Below are positions 27,874 to 40,169 of a stretch of DNA of 64,000 nucleotides, in pieces. The number at the start of each line of letters is the position of its first letter. Position 1 is the stretch's first letter. Both the position numbers and the translations under genes were made by a program. The notes beneath the pieces are model-generated. The model was not told where the DNA came from, did no database searches, and worked only from the letters and a program-made list of their open reading frames with translations. The stretch is taken from positions 15,996,001 through 16,060,000 of the forward strand of contig OX597831.1 in the NCBI GenBank assembly GCA_951406725.2, read 5' to 3'. Source of the DNA: Octopus vulgaris (Eukaryota).

Positions 27874-27973
27874 TTGCAAAAATTCTTATCGGGGTCAAGA
27901 TTAGGATAACGTTGCACGGCTTGGCGGCAATTTGCTGCGCCCCAACTTAAGCACGGAACTGCTGTTGTGGCAC
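27874..27973 (-). CDS. Gene C coding exon 2: (G)ATTAVPCLSWGAANCRQAVQRYPNLDPDKNFC
   Basis: tttatag acceptor, gtatat donor, 100 nt, phases 1/2, C-x7-C-x16-C. Confidence 0.9.
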
Positions 27974-28097
27974 CTATAAACTAAAGAACAATTTCTTGCA
28001 ACCCTTATATATTTCAAATTACAAATGCAAAATAATGTGAGGTTATGATTATACGAGTTTTTTTATCATGGAGTTCTTAAGATTTTATATAGTTTAT

Positions 28098-28355
28098 AAT
28101 GATAATAATAATAATAATAACAACAATAATAATGATAATAACAACAACAACAATTACAATAATAATAATAATGACAGTAATAATAATATTAATAATAATA
28201 ATGACAACAACAACAACAACAATAACAATAATAATAATAACAATAATAATAATAACAACAACAACAACAATAACAATAATAATAATAACAATAATAATAA
28301 TATTAATAATAATAATAATAACAATAATAATAATAATAATAACAACAACAATAAC

Positions 28356-28393
<38 letters not shown>

Positions 28394-28463
28394 CACACAC
28401 ACACATATATATAATAATAAAAGTAATAATAACAATAATATTAATAACAACAACAACAGCAGC

Positions 28464-28533
<70 letters not shown>
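28098..28533. repeat. (AAT/AAC)n compound microsatellite
   Basis: Direct reading. Confidence 0.95.
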
Positions 28534-28754
28534 TTTGAGCAGAATATTAGCTGTAGTCCATTTCTTATACCAAGGCAAATTTATGTACATGCTGACGATC
28601 AGTTTCAATGTTTGCTGTTTCGTGGCTAATGCCTGCTGTGCTTTAGTGAAATGCTTTACATTTGATCTCGTAGGGTTTGTTCTTTCTGGCAAACACATTT
28701 TTCTGAATGTTTCTCCCTTTTCGAAAGCAGCATCGGTTTCCACACAAACTGTAC

Positions 28755-28959
28755 TCTTTTACTCGTTTCAATATGTGACTGTCGCCATGCTAAAGTCCCG
28801 CCTTTAGTCTAAAAATCGCCCCAGGACATATTATTTATAAGCCAAGTACTATCGGTTCTTTTGCCGAGCCACTAAATTACGGGGATGTAAAAACACTGCA
28901 TCGTTTGTCAAGCGATGTTACGGGACAAACACAGACACAAAAACAGATACACACATACA

Positions 28960-29037
<78 letters not shown>

Positions 29038-29196
29038 CGACGGGTTTCTTTAAGTTTGCGTCTACCAAATCCACTCACAAGGCTTTGGTCGGTCCAATAC
29101 TATAGCAGAAGACACTTGCCCAAGGTGCCACGTAGTTTGACTGAACCCGGAACCACGTGGTTCGTAAGCAAGCTACTTACCACACAGCCACTCCTG
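28755..29196 (-). mobile_element. SINE family A
   Basis: Collinear with 11731-12222. Confidence 0.8.
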
Positions 29197-29199
29197 GAA

Positions 29200-29930
29200 G
29201 TTTTGGTGTTAGAAGAATGCGCTAGACTACTGCTTGCTTGTTTGCAGTGACAAGTTTCATACTCTTCGATGGGAATGTTGGTTTCAGACGTATTCAATAG
29301 GGTTTCACATGCTTTCTTAATATAATTGCAAACTGACCTCATATGTCAGGATTTACTAAAATACATCAATGTAGCATCTACATTTGGTTTCATGCGTATT
29401 GTCTGAATTTAGATAGAGGCGATTTTTAAATGATACTATTCGGTGGCCAGAGGAAACATTATTAAACATATCAAATGCCATGCATTTCATGGCTCTTTTT
29501 GCCACTTTTTGTTACCAAAAGAAATGTAGTCTAATTGTACTTTTGAACCATTTGTGTATCTCAATGTGCACTGCTTCCCAACTGACATTTGATATCTTGT
29601 GTTAAGACAGATGAGATCATTTCCAGCTATGAATTCATGCAGATATTCTCCATACCGTGAAAGCTCTATTTATATTTATACTTTGGGAGGTGAGCAATAC
29701 ATGAGCAATACATTATGACAAGAGATTTGTCTCACAATATAAGAGAATTCATGGTAGAATATGACAACCGCTGCTTCATCAGAGTCCTTTTGTTGAACAT
29801 CTGTTGGACAGGAGCAAGGTATAACATTGGTGTGTGGTTTTCCGATACAGGTTCCTCTCATAATTCTAGGATAGATCTTTTCAATACCGCTGAGTGCGGA
29901 GAGCGTGCGGAGTGAGCAGCATTCCTACTC
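29200..29930 (-). mobile_element. Degenerate LINE AP-endonuclease fragment (RTE/RTE-X-like)
   Basis: GMLLTPHALRTLSGIEKIYPRIM, FYHEFSYIVRQISCHNVLL, NDLICLNTRYQ..YTNGSKVQLDYI, VSSGHRIV (SDH motif). Confidence 0.75.
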
Positions 29931-31015
29931 CTCCCGGTGTATAGTCGTTAGGGCCTTTCAGGCAGAAGACGTGATTATGTTTCGCGCATATCCAACTTCA
30001 TTAAGTGCTATTTCGTGATCACCGCGATGATAACCGTTTTCATCTATAAAAATAATACCGACACTTTACTTTTCAGCAGATTGAGTGAGTTTTGGTAATT
30101 GATCTAAGGTGGAAAGGTTTTGAGTTTGATATCGTTACTGAATTTACGAACACTGAAGACAAATTCACAACCCCAATAGGATGCACCACTTCTTGACTGA
30201 TGTGACGAGCAAGGCGGTTTAAGCATCTGATATGAGAAAGGGATATGCTAATCTTACGTTAGCTGAACATTCCATAGTTGGACGCAACACCAATGGACAT
30301 TGCAGCAGTGGCCATACTGTCCCAGGTGACGGTGTGCGCTGAATTTGTAAGTCATCCCGCCAAAAATCATTGACAAAGAGCAGCACTTCAGCCGATCAAG
30401 CGCATCCACCATCCTGCTTTCCGTGGCTTAACCATACCTCTCTGAGTTACGATTTTTTTTTTAATCATTGAAGTATATTTATCTTGGGTGATTATTTTCG
30501 TCTGGAACCTGGCTCTCGACCTCTCTGGCATAGTTAGCCTACCTGGCGGCGAACACCTTCCAGCTCGTGAGTTTAATTGGAAAACAATTATAAATATAAA
30601 ATGTGATATGAAAGATATAAAATATAAAATTCAAAAATATAAATAGAATAAATTATATATAAGTCATAAGATATAGTGTATATTTAAACACGTAGAGAAT
30701 CCACATAGAGAGTGGATTCTCTATGTGTTTAAATATACACTATGTCGTATGACTAATATATAGTCGTTTCGACTAAAATTTATTACGCGTTAGTTCACCG
30801 GAAATGTAAATTTTGATTGAATATTTTTAATTTTAATTAAATTCCTTTGTATAGCGGCAGACTGTTTGTTTGCATTTATGAATTTAAGGGGCAATAAATA
30901 TTTTTCTATGAACAGCTGTACCTGATAGGCAAAGAATGAAGTTTAGCAGAGATTAAATCATAATACAAAAAACAATTAACTTAAATGCCGAACTAGTTAT
31001 CATATAATTACTTAC

Positions 31016-31052
31016 CAATGAATAGGAGAGAGAATACTAACAAACATTTCAT
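31016..31052 (-). CDS. Gene C coding exon 1: signal peptide MKCLLVFSLLFI(G)
   Basis: ATG, 37 nt, gtaagt donor, phase 1; an in-frame upstream ATG lies 15 nt earlier. Confidence 0.9.
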
Positions 31053-32033
31053 CGTATATATATTCATGTAACAGACAACAACTGCTAGTTTAATGACTGC
31101 AGGTCAAAGAACTGTTGTGTGGACTTGAAAACTTTTTTATGCTGCGAAATGTGTTTCGCATGACTATAAACGTGTAGGTGCGTGCAGATATATATGTATA
31201 ATGTAGTAGCATTTCTTCTACTTTAGAAGTCATAAAATTAATTTTATAATTTCTTTGACAAGTTGATTTCCTAGTAAATAAAACCGTGTTTTCCGCTTTT
31301 AGAGATATATTTCATTTCTCCTTAACAAACATGTAATTAATATGTATCATATATATATGTGCGTGTGTGTATGTGTGCATATGTGTGTGTATGCGTGTGT
31401 GTATGTATGTAAGCATGTATGTTTGTATATATATATATATATATATGTATATATAACTATGCATATATTTACATACATATATACATGTATACATACACAA
31501 ATAGACAGAAAGACAGACGGACTGACGGAAGCCTGACTGGATAGATACGTGTGTGCGCTTGGACGGTGTTAAATAGCTGCTCCTCCAGATGAAAACATTA
31601 TCTGTCATTATGGTTTTGTGGCATTCAAGATACCGTATAACAAAACATCAATAAACACTCGAATAAAACTTTGTTCTCATCTTTGTCCACTTGCCAAAAC
31701 ATTTTCGAGGCACCATCAGAACTCAAGAGACATATCCGTGTCCATAGGGCCTTATTAACACTTTATTTTCCTGAACCGTTATCTGCCATTCGCGTCGAGC
31801 AAAAGACGGTTTATAGCTATTCAACTATCTCTTTCGCATTAATATATCAGTTTAGATATCAATTATCAACTAAAAAGTAAACACATTATTCTATACAAAT
31901 TTAGTTAATTTTTAAGCTCTATTTTTCAGTTTGTAAGATAGAAATTTAAATGTAACAAAATATTTTAAGAGAAATTTAATGTGCTTATGTGATAACGGTA
32001 AATCTTTTAGGCCATCCTGTATATATATATATA

Positions 32034-33313
32034 AGAGGGGCGTTCAATAAGTAATGCCCCTGACCCACTTCCCATAGCTGTAGAGCAACGAAACTTGGCA
32101 CATTTATTAGTCTTTTTCTACATAGGAACCACCAAGAGGTACGCATTTCTCCCATCATTTGATGCAGCTCTAGAGACTGTATTTGTAGAAGACCCCAGCT
32201 TGGTCCTCCAACCACGACGTGACTTCAGAAATCAAGGCTGCATCATCTGGGAAATGCTTTCCTTTGAAAAACAACTTCATGGCTGGAAAGAGGAGAAAAT
32301 CAGAGGGTGCAAGGTCAGGAGAGTATGGGGGATGGGGGAGGAGTTCATAGCCGCACGCCTGTACTTCTGATCTGGCGACACGCGAGTTGTGGACCGGAGC
32401 GTTGTCGATGCCTTTGCTGATCTTGCCCCGCCTCTTGATTTTGATAGCTTCTCTTAATTTCCTCAAAAGTGAAGCATAATAGGCTCCTGTAATTGTGGTA
32501 CCCTTTGCTAGGAAATCTGTCATCACTACTCCGTCCTGGTCCCGGAAGACTGTGAGCATGACCTTGCCAGCTGAGGGCTGCACCTTTGCCTTCTTTAGAG
32601 GAGGTGAGTCATGGTGCTTCCACTGCATTGACTGGGCTTTGGTCTCTGGATCATAGTGATGGACCCAGGTTTCATCCTGTGTAATCAGTCCTTTGAAAAA
32701 TTTTGAGTCATCTTCTTGGCACATCTCCAAATTCATCCTCGAGCACTCGACCCGTTCTTCCTTCTGGAAAGGTCTGAGCAACCTGGGAATCCATCTAGCA
32801 GACACCTTTTGCATATGCAAATGGTCATGAATGATAGTTTCCACAGACCCGGTACTAATCTTGATCTCATGGGCTATTTGGCGAATAGTTATGCGTCGAT
32901 CTTCCAAAATGGCAGCCTCAACTTGACGGACAGATGCCTCATCAATAGCAGAAGGGGGCGACCAGATCTGGGAGCTGTTTCCACAGAGTTCCGACCATGT
33001 TTGAATTCACGATGCCAGCGTTTTACAAGGTCATGTGATGGGGCATCATCACCATAAGTTACTTTCATTTCATCAAAAGTCTCCCGTGGTGTGCGTCCTT
33101 TCAAATACAAAAACCGGATCACTGCTCGACACTCAACAGGCTCCATTTCACACTTGACTCAGTTCAAACACCTGTAAATCAGAAACTACAATTAGTTCAG
33201 AGCTGTAATTTGCCACGTAATCTATAGAGATATGACGAATTGAACATGCAAAATTTCAGCTAGATCAAATAATTGCAAGTGGGTCAGAGGCATTACTTAT
33301 TGAACGTCCCTCG
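32034..33313 (-). mobile_element. Near full-length mariner (DD34D), frameshifted transposase pseudogene
   Basis: TIRs gagggRcgttcaataagtaatgccYctgacccactt at both ends, TA flanks; ORFs 32889-33146 and 32170-32907 with WIPRLL, TQDETW, DNAPVH, YSPDLAPSD. Confidence 0.95.
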
Positions 33314-33339
33314 TATATAATATATATATGTGTATATAC

Positions 33340-33490
33340 ATAAGAGTGATGACCACTAAGTGGACATCCAATATTCTAGATGTAGACCCCATATGGTCTG
33401 ACCACTAAGAAACACATTTTCTTAGTGGTCAGACCATATGGGTTTTACGTGTAGCATATTGGATATCTACTTAGTGGTCATCACTCTTAT
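33340..33490. repeat. Fold-back hairpin, ~73-bp arms with 5-nt loop
   Basis: ataagagtgatgaccactaag... / ...cttagtggtcatcactcttat. Confidence 0.9.
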
Positions 33491-33629
33491 TTGTATGTAA
33501 CATAATTTTTCTGAATATTCAGATTTTTCAATATGCTAGACCACTGGTTAAAAATTGATATTAATCAAATTAAAACTCAATTTTTTACTCTTATTTAAAT
33601 TTATATATATATATATAAATTTTATATGT

Positions 33630-34225
33630 AATACTAGAGTATTGCTTACCAGTAAAGAATAGCCCGTGAGGGATAAATATACAAAGAAGTAAATATATGG
33701 CACAACGAAGTACCGATATTTACTGGAAATAGCGAACGTAATAATACGACGCTAATGTATAGCTTCACCGCGTATGTACTAGCAAAAATGTACTAGCAAA
33801 AATGCGTGAGTGCAACAAACTTGAAAAAAATTGTCTTACCTCCAGGGAGAACATCTGAAAAATGAAATACCTAGAAAAGGATAATGTGGGACCGGAGCCG
33901 GTTTCAGATTTTTCAAGATATGTCTACAGCCATATACTTGATCTATCTTCATCAGCCAAACATATACCACGACAAAATTTCAGATGTTACCACATTAATG
34001 CCAATACACTCGACTGAAACGCCGAAACGCTAACAGAACGAGAACGGTGAAGAAGTTTTAATAAATTAGTAATGCAATACTAGAGTATTGCTTTCCAGTG
34101 AAGAATAGCCCGTGAGGGGAAAATATACAAAGAAGTAAATATATGGCACAACCAAGTACCGATATTTACTGGAAATAGCGAATGTAATAATACCACGCTA
34201 ATGTATAGCTTCACCGCGTATGTAC
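33630..34225 (-). mobile_element. Retrozyme-like element 1: 446-nt unit plus ~150-nt direct repeat, one HHR
   Basis: 33630-33779 repeated at 34076-34225; HHR between the repeats. Confidence 0.7.
33884..33963 (-). ncRNA. Type I hammerhead ribozyme
   Basis: tgg-CTGATGA-agat...atct-GAAACCGGctcCGGTC-cca: core, stem II, stem III and GUC triplet present; stem I short. Confidence 0.75.
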
Positions 34226-34308
34226 CATTATTACATTTCAGATATTAGCTTTGCGTATGAAATAAAAGATTTTGAAAATTAAAGGTGTCTATTTACTTCA
34301 TGCATATC

Positions 34309-34358
<50 letters not shown>

Positions 34359-34367
<9 letters not shown>

Positions 34368-34974
34368 CAATAGTATTAAGGAATGACCCTGACAGGCCGT
34401 TCAACTCACTTGAAAGAGCAGCTAAACTCAAACCGCAAAATAGTAGTAATTCTGAAACTAAAGGAGAAATAAGAACATTTATCCCCTTCAACTTTGGACT
34501 ATGCATAGTTTCGACGTTTTTACGTAATTGAATTGAATTAAATTAAATTAAATCCGTTTACGATTGGCCTGTCTCGTCAGCAAAGTAGCCAAGGAAAAGG
34601 AAAATATATACACAAGAGGCAGCACCATCGAAGCCTCGAGTTTATATATCCTAAATTTTCGAAATCCACCGTAACTGCGCTATCTACTCAGCAGCAAATA
34701 TAAACTGCTGATACAATTTCAGAATTAGTCAAAAAATCATTAATTAATCAATATAAGGGTAGCAAAAACATTTCAAGAAAAAATTCAAGAAAAATTTTCT
34801 GCAACCAGCGGTCAAGTGAGAAAGTAGAACTAGTCACAGACTATATAACATATTCAACAATAGTATTAAGGAATGACCCTGACAGGCCGTTCAACTCACT
34901 TGAAAGAGCAGCTAAACTCAAACCGCAAAATAGTAGTAATTCTGAAACTAAAGGAGAAATAGAAACATCTATCC
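34359..34974 (-). mobile_element. Retrozyme-like element 2: 490-nt unit plus ~125-nt direct repeat, one HHR, in (TA)n
   Basis: 34361-34484 repeated at 34851-34974. Confidence 0.7.
34492..34585 (-). ncRNA. Type I hammerhead ribozyme
   Basis: ctttg-CTGACGA-gac...gtc-GAAACTATGCATAGTC-caaag: perfect 5-bp stem I, palindromic stem III, GUC triplet. Confidence 0.85.
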
Positions 34975-34988
34975 ACTGTATATATATA

Positions 34989-35850
34989 CAGAGATATGCA
35001 TGAAGTAAATAGACACCTTTAATTTTCAAAATCTTTTATTTTATACGCAAAGCTAATATCTGAAATGTAATCGATAGGTAGGGCTACATCCTTTAGTATT
35101 TATTTGACATTCCCTTTGCAGTTCTTAATTCAGAATCCCTATGTACCATTGAACTGGTGAGCGTTGTGATTGTCTCTTGTGGAATTTCTGTCCACTTTTC
35201 ACGCAAGAATCGAAACAATTCATCTTTAGATTTAGGTTTCTGTTGAGTTTTTCGTATAGTTCTATCCAGTATGCTGCAACGATTTTCAATTGGATTCATG
35301 TCAGGAGATTGGCTCGGCCAAGGAAGCTTTTTGATGACCCCATTTTCAGTCAGCCATTGTCGATTCATTTTGACTGTGTGACATGGAGCTCCATCTGGCA
35401 TGAATAATAACTCATTTTTCCTTATATTATCGTGGGAATAGATCGGAAGTAGTCCTTGCTTAGGTATTTCGATGTATGTTTCAGTGTTTATGGTTCCAAC
35501 ATATTCGACCAGCTTAGAACGGCCATTGCTGGTGACAGTTCCCCATACCATTACAGAGATAACACCATGATTCATAGTTCGTTTGAGTCGTTTCAAATCA
35601 AATGCTTGATTGGGAAACCTCCAGACCCAAACACGTCCACTGTCTGAAAATACGGCAAACCTGGTTTCATATGTGAAAATCAGTCTATCGCAAAATGAAC
35701 TGGGTTTTTCTGACATCTCCTTCACCCATTTCTTTCTTTTCATGATATTAATTAGTTGAAGGATAGGTTTTCTTCTAGCTGCTCGTCAATAATACCTACT
35801 TTCTTGGACTAACATCCCAGCTGTTTTGCTACGTCACAATCCTGTTTCTG
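34989..35850 (-). mobile_element. Tc1-like transposon, 3' part with TIR (catalytically decayed)
   Basis: ORF 35093-35743: IFTYETRF, VMVWG, FMPDGAPCH, WPSQSPDMNPIEN; end ta|cagagatatgcatgaagtaaatagacacc. Confidence 0.85.
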
Positions 35851-36427
35851 ATCGCGCGCTGTATTTTGATATAAATAAAGTTATTATATCTGTTTTATTT
35901 ATTGTTTATTTGCATTGTATTTTCTTTTTCTTGGTTAGCATTGCCAAAAAGAAAAAGAAAACAGAAAGAAACTGATACAGGATGTCAGTGATACCTTTAC
36001 GAAGTTCGCGTTGTCATATCAATAATATAACAACTCACGGGGGTGAGTTATTACTTTTTGAGGTACTTCGAAATCCAGAGTGCGCCGTCCACCATCTCAC
36101 CTCCATCATATTTACAGGTATACATAGTGAGAAATGTGAGGAATATATATAAATGGGTTTGCACGATTGTGTATAGATGGATATATATTATTCAAAGAAA
36201 TTCCAACTCTGTTTGTTTTTTATGTTTTATTTATATTCTTTATAATATTAACGTAGAATATAGAATATATAGCATAAATAATATATATATAGTAAAATGA
36301 AATGAAGTATGGATTGTCGTATTGAATAGATGAAATACTGAATATAAAATATTAAGGCACTTAGTATATTTTCTTGCATTAAAGTAGTCTTCAAGATCCC
36401 AGGTTGTGACAGGAGTGTTTCAACTGT

Positions 36428-36469
<42 letters not shown>

Positions 36470-36475
<6 letters not shown>

Positions 36476-37709
36476 ATATGTCAATAGTCAAGATAAAACT
36501 CTGAGTTTCAGATGCTGAAGTGGAAATCCACAACATCGTTATATAAAGGGAAATTACTGTGTTATAATTATATAAAATAAGATTAAAATTTCATATTAAA
36601 CACGTAAAACATGGCTAGTCATACGCTCACATGTGCGCTCGCGGCCCCACGTGCGTACTTATACGTCACTATGAAAACGCACACATCTTCAATCGCATTG
36701 TTCGCCAAATATATACGCATATATATACAAACTCATACACACACACACGCGTACCGTAAAAGTCCATACATACGTCTATATACGCACAAGCACAAGTAAA
36801 ATATGGTTAAAGGTAACAATACAGAAAAAAACATAAGGAAGTATACAAAGCATAAAAACCACGTTCATATACGGACATGCCCTTATGCACTCATACACAC
36901 ACACGCCCATATATGTACATACCCGCACATGTTTACATACGCATACACACACGCATATCCCAAAAAGTTAATATACATATGCCCCCCCAAAAAAAACCTA
37001 AGAAAGGGAAAAATACTAAGTAAAAACGTATATATATATATATGCATTCTTATGGCCGCACACACGCACACATCTAAAGCTGCCCACTCATACATATTCA
37101 CACACGTGTACAAATGAATCTATATACACGTCTATATAGGCACAGGAAAAAATGAAGGATAGAAAAGTACAGAAAAAATTATTACGTGTGAAAATATAAA
37201 AATATATGAAATAATAAAAGGTATAATGAGATAAAGAACTTTTCGGGATATAATATAGAAAGCAAGTTCTATCTGTTTTCTTTAGGGGACCAAAAACGTA
37301 ACAAAACTTTTGTCACATGTGGGCATGACCAGAAAAGTTTTATGCATTGGAACAAAAGAAAAGCGACAAAATTATCTAATCATATTAGGTCTTTAAAAGA
37401 TAAAGGTGTCGATTATAACATCCATTGGAAGATTTTGGCCAAATGTAAGCCCTACACCAACGGCAGCGGAAGGTGCGGTCTATGCGACGTGGAGAGATGG
37501 CTTATCTGGAAAAGCAGCTTAGGCCCTACTACATTTCTAAACTCAAGGACAGAACTTTTCGGGTCATGCCCACATGTGACAGAGTTTTTGTTATGTTTTT
37601 GGTCCCCTAAAGAAAACAGATAGAACTTGCTTTCTATATTATGTCCCAAAAAGTATTTTATCTCATTATACCTTTTATTATTTCATATATTTTTATATCT
37701 TCACGCGTA
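36470..37709. mobile_element. Penelope-like element 3' end with inverted pLTR and CA-rich 3'UTR
   Basis: ORF 37342-37623 (+) TKLSNHIRSLKDKG..WKILAKCKPY..RCGLCDVE..LNSRTELFGSCPH resembles a PLE GIY-YIG C-terminus; inverted arms 37183-37339 / 37553-37709; left boundary inferred. Confidence 0.8.
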
Positions 37710-38047
37710 TATAGATGTGTTTGGTGTGAGTAATTACAAAATAGTAATTCTGTGCATTTGAAGTAGGAGCTGCCTCAAGGCGATAAATTTCGACAAAAAT
37801 GATCGAAACTACTCCCATGCAGAATAACTAGATTAGAACTTCCAAACTAGAACGAATCGCGCGAGTCACGTTCGCTGATTATTTATTGTATCTGAAATAT
37901 ACTTCTCAATGGCATCGAACACCTTGTGCATTTTGCATTCTGCTACTTGACAAAAGGTACACAATAGAACACACATGACTTTAACTGCAGAACACTTTAT
38001 TTCGCTCTTTATTTTTCTATTCTTGTTCCAGGATTCAGTGTAGAGTT

Positions 38048-38056
38048 TTAACCAAC
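38048..38056 (-). CDS. Possible terminal coding exon of gene B (VG*)
   Basis: Strong acceptor tcttttctctttacag then GTT GGT TAA, phase 0 matching the exon-4 donor; unproven. Confidence 0.35.
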   Translation of the reverse strand, partial: VG

Positions 38057-38319
38057 CTGTAAAGAGAAAAGACGATGTAAATGTGTTTGTGTGTATGTGT
38101 GACTGTGTGTACATAGACACTATTGTACATAGACACTATTGTACATAGACACTATTGTATCGTCTCTGGACTGTTCATAAATATACATAAATATGTGTCT
38201 TGGTAATGGCACTCAAGAAAAAATAAAATTAAGCTCCCTGTTGATAAGGCATTCACTTACTGTTAGTTATTACATATATAACACATTTTACAACACAGAA
38301 TAATAATTATGCCATATTA

Positions 38320-38720
38320 TAATTTTGCCATGGTGTTTCGTGCATTCTGCTGCGTACACCAAATAGGAATCTCTACATGTCCCGCATTCTGTAGAAGTCA
38401 TAACATTTCTGTTATCATTCCTGGTAGAATTCACTTGACTCGTGTTGCCGCACAAGGAACAGGGTTTAACACTCTTGCGGATCTTTTTCAAGGTACAGCG
38501 TGCAGATACTCCAATGTTGGTTTTCTTCGCGTCACAAGTAGAGGTTAATAGTTCTCTTATACTTTTTATTCAATGTAAAGTCTACAAGAGGTGTTTGAGG
38601 AAATATTCGTTGGAAACGAGGACATTTTCCGCAACGTGATGGTATGTTTCACGCAACGCATTTCAAATGCTAACAAAATTTCGGTGCCAGTTAATCACTA
38701 AAGGAATCAATTCTGACACA
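38320..38720 (-). mobile_element. Degenerate Penelope-like fragment (thumb, Cys linker, start of GIY-YIG)
   Basis: LIPLVINWH..FQRIFPQTPLV..NKSIRELL, then PCSLC..GTCRDSYLVYAAECTKH. Confidence 0.7.
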
Positions 38721-39615
38721 TATTGGGCTGTGTTTGCTAAAATTATAAGTGAAGGTTGCATTTCCCTACCTAATCTTACCTATGTCATTTGCTGTTTCCT
38801 TTAATCATAATTCACTGTGACCGCGTTTGACATAACGGTGTACAAAAGAATTTGCATATTTCCAGTGATCCTCTGTGTCAGTACAAATCCGTTTTATCCT
38901 CAAAAATTGGGATTTCGCATTTTACCGAATTATATGATGGGGATAGTCGGAGCAGCGTGGAGGTAAATGTGGGATAAATAATAATTGATGTAAGTCAAAG
39001 TCAGTTGTTGTTTATCAGTACCACTCCAATTTTGTTTTCATTATATATATATATATCAACATATTGACATATATACATACACACACATGCATATAACAAA
39101 ACAAGAATTTGTAAAATTTTGAGATATTCTTTATTCATCATATGATATGTTTCATTTGCTGATTTGAATCACGAAGTTTTATATTTTAGAAAAACGATTG
39201 AAATATCCCACTAGCAATTCCTCAGGCAGGGAAACACATAACACAGAATCCTAATAATTTTGTACCATTTGTTTCCCTACGCGAAGAATTTCTAACTATA
39301 AATTTCTCATGGGTTTACTTAACACGTAAAACGTTGTCAATTTTGTTAGAAAATGTAACATTTCTACTGATGAATAAACAAGACCAATGCATTTTACCAT
39401 ATCCTTTTACGTTACATAATATCTAATTTCAACCCCAATATATAACTTACAGCAATGCGATGAAGTTAGCGTTTGTTTTAACCATGCCAAAACCAGGTAC
39501 ATAACCACGTAGGCTTATGCATATGCATGCGTATATATTAATATCTATCTATCTGTCTATCTATCAATCTATCTATCTATCTGTCTATCTATCAATCTAT
39601 CTATCTATCTATCTA

Positions 39616-39703
<88 letters not shown>

Positions 39704-39805
39704 ATCCAAACAAGAAAACACAGAAAAAAAGAGAAAAAAAACACAGCAACGCAGGACGTGGAACAATTAAAGTATTATTGACGCTCAGGAAAGAAGGGAA
39801 GGAGG

Positions 39806-39840
39806 GTTTAACGTTTCGAGCGGAGCTCTTCGTCGGAAAC
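39806..39840 (-). ncRNA. Minimal HHR-like motif with CCGA core variant, in a repeat shared with 53030-53250
   Basis: gttt-CCGACGA-a-gagc tcc gctc-GAAACGTT-aaac. Confidence 0.55.
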
Positions 39841-40169
39841 AAGGAGAAGGAAAGATCCCAAGGAGGGAAGACAGAGGAGACAATATTTGAGCTGGTGGTG
39901 CTTAAGAGATCACATGTTGAAAAGAACAGAATTTGGAGGTAGTTGAAAAATGGTTTTATAATGCAAGAGAGTTCCAAAAAAGGGAACGCCTGTGTGTGTG
40001 TGTGTGTGTGCAAGATGACAAGTGTGTTTGTGCGTGCGTGTGTGTGTGTGTGTGTGTATATTTTTGGTGAATAGAGATAATGACAAAGCCAGCTGTGGTG
40101 ACAACTGCTAGCTGTTTGTGTCAAGCTAGGTTTAAGCCAGGTCAAAAAACAAAGGGCTATATGTATCAT

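Noticed and set aside
29100-29342. Cys-containing ORF as a candidate exon of gene C
   Set aside because: No compatible splice phase; it continues the degenerate LINE endonuclease; the matching exon 2 is at 27874-27973
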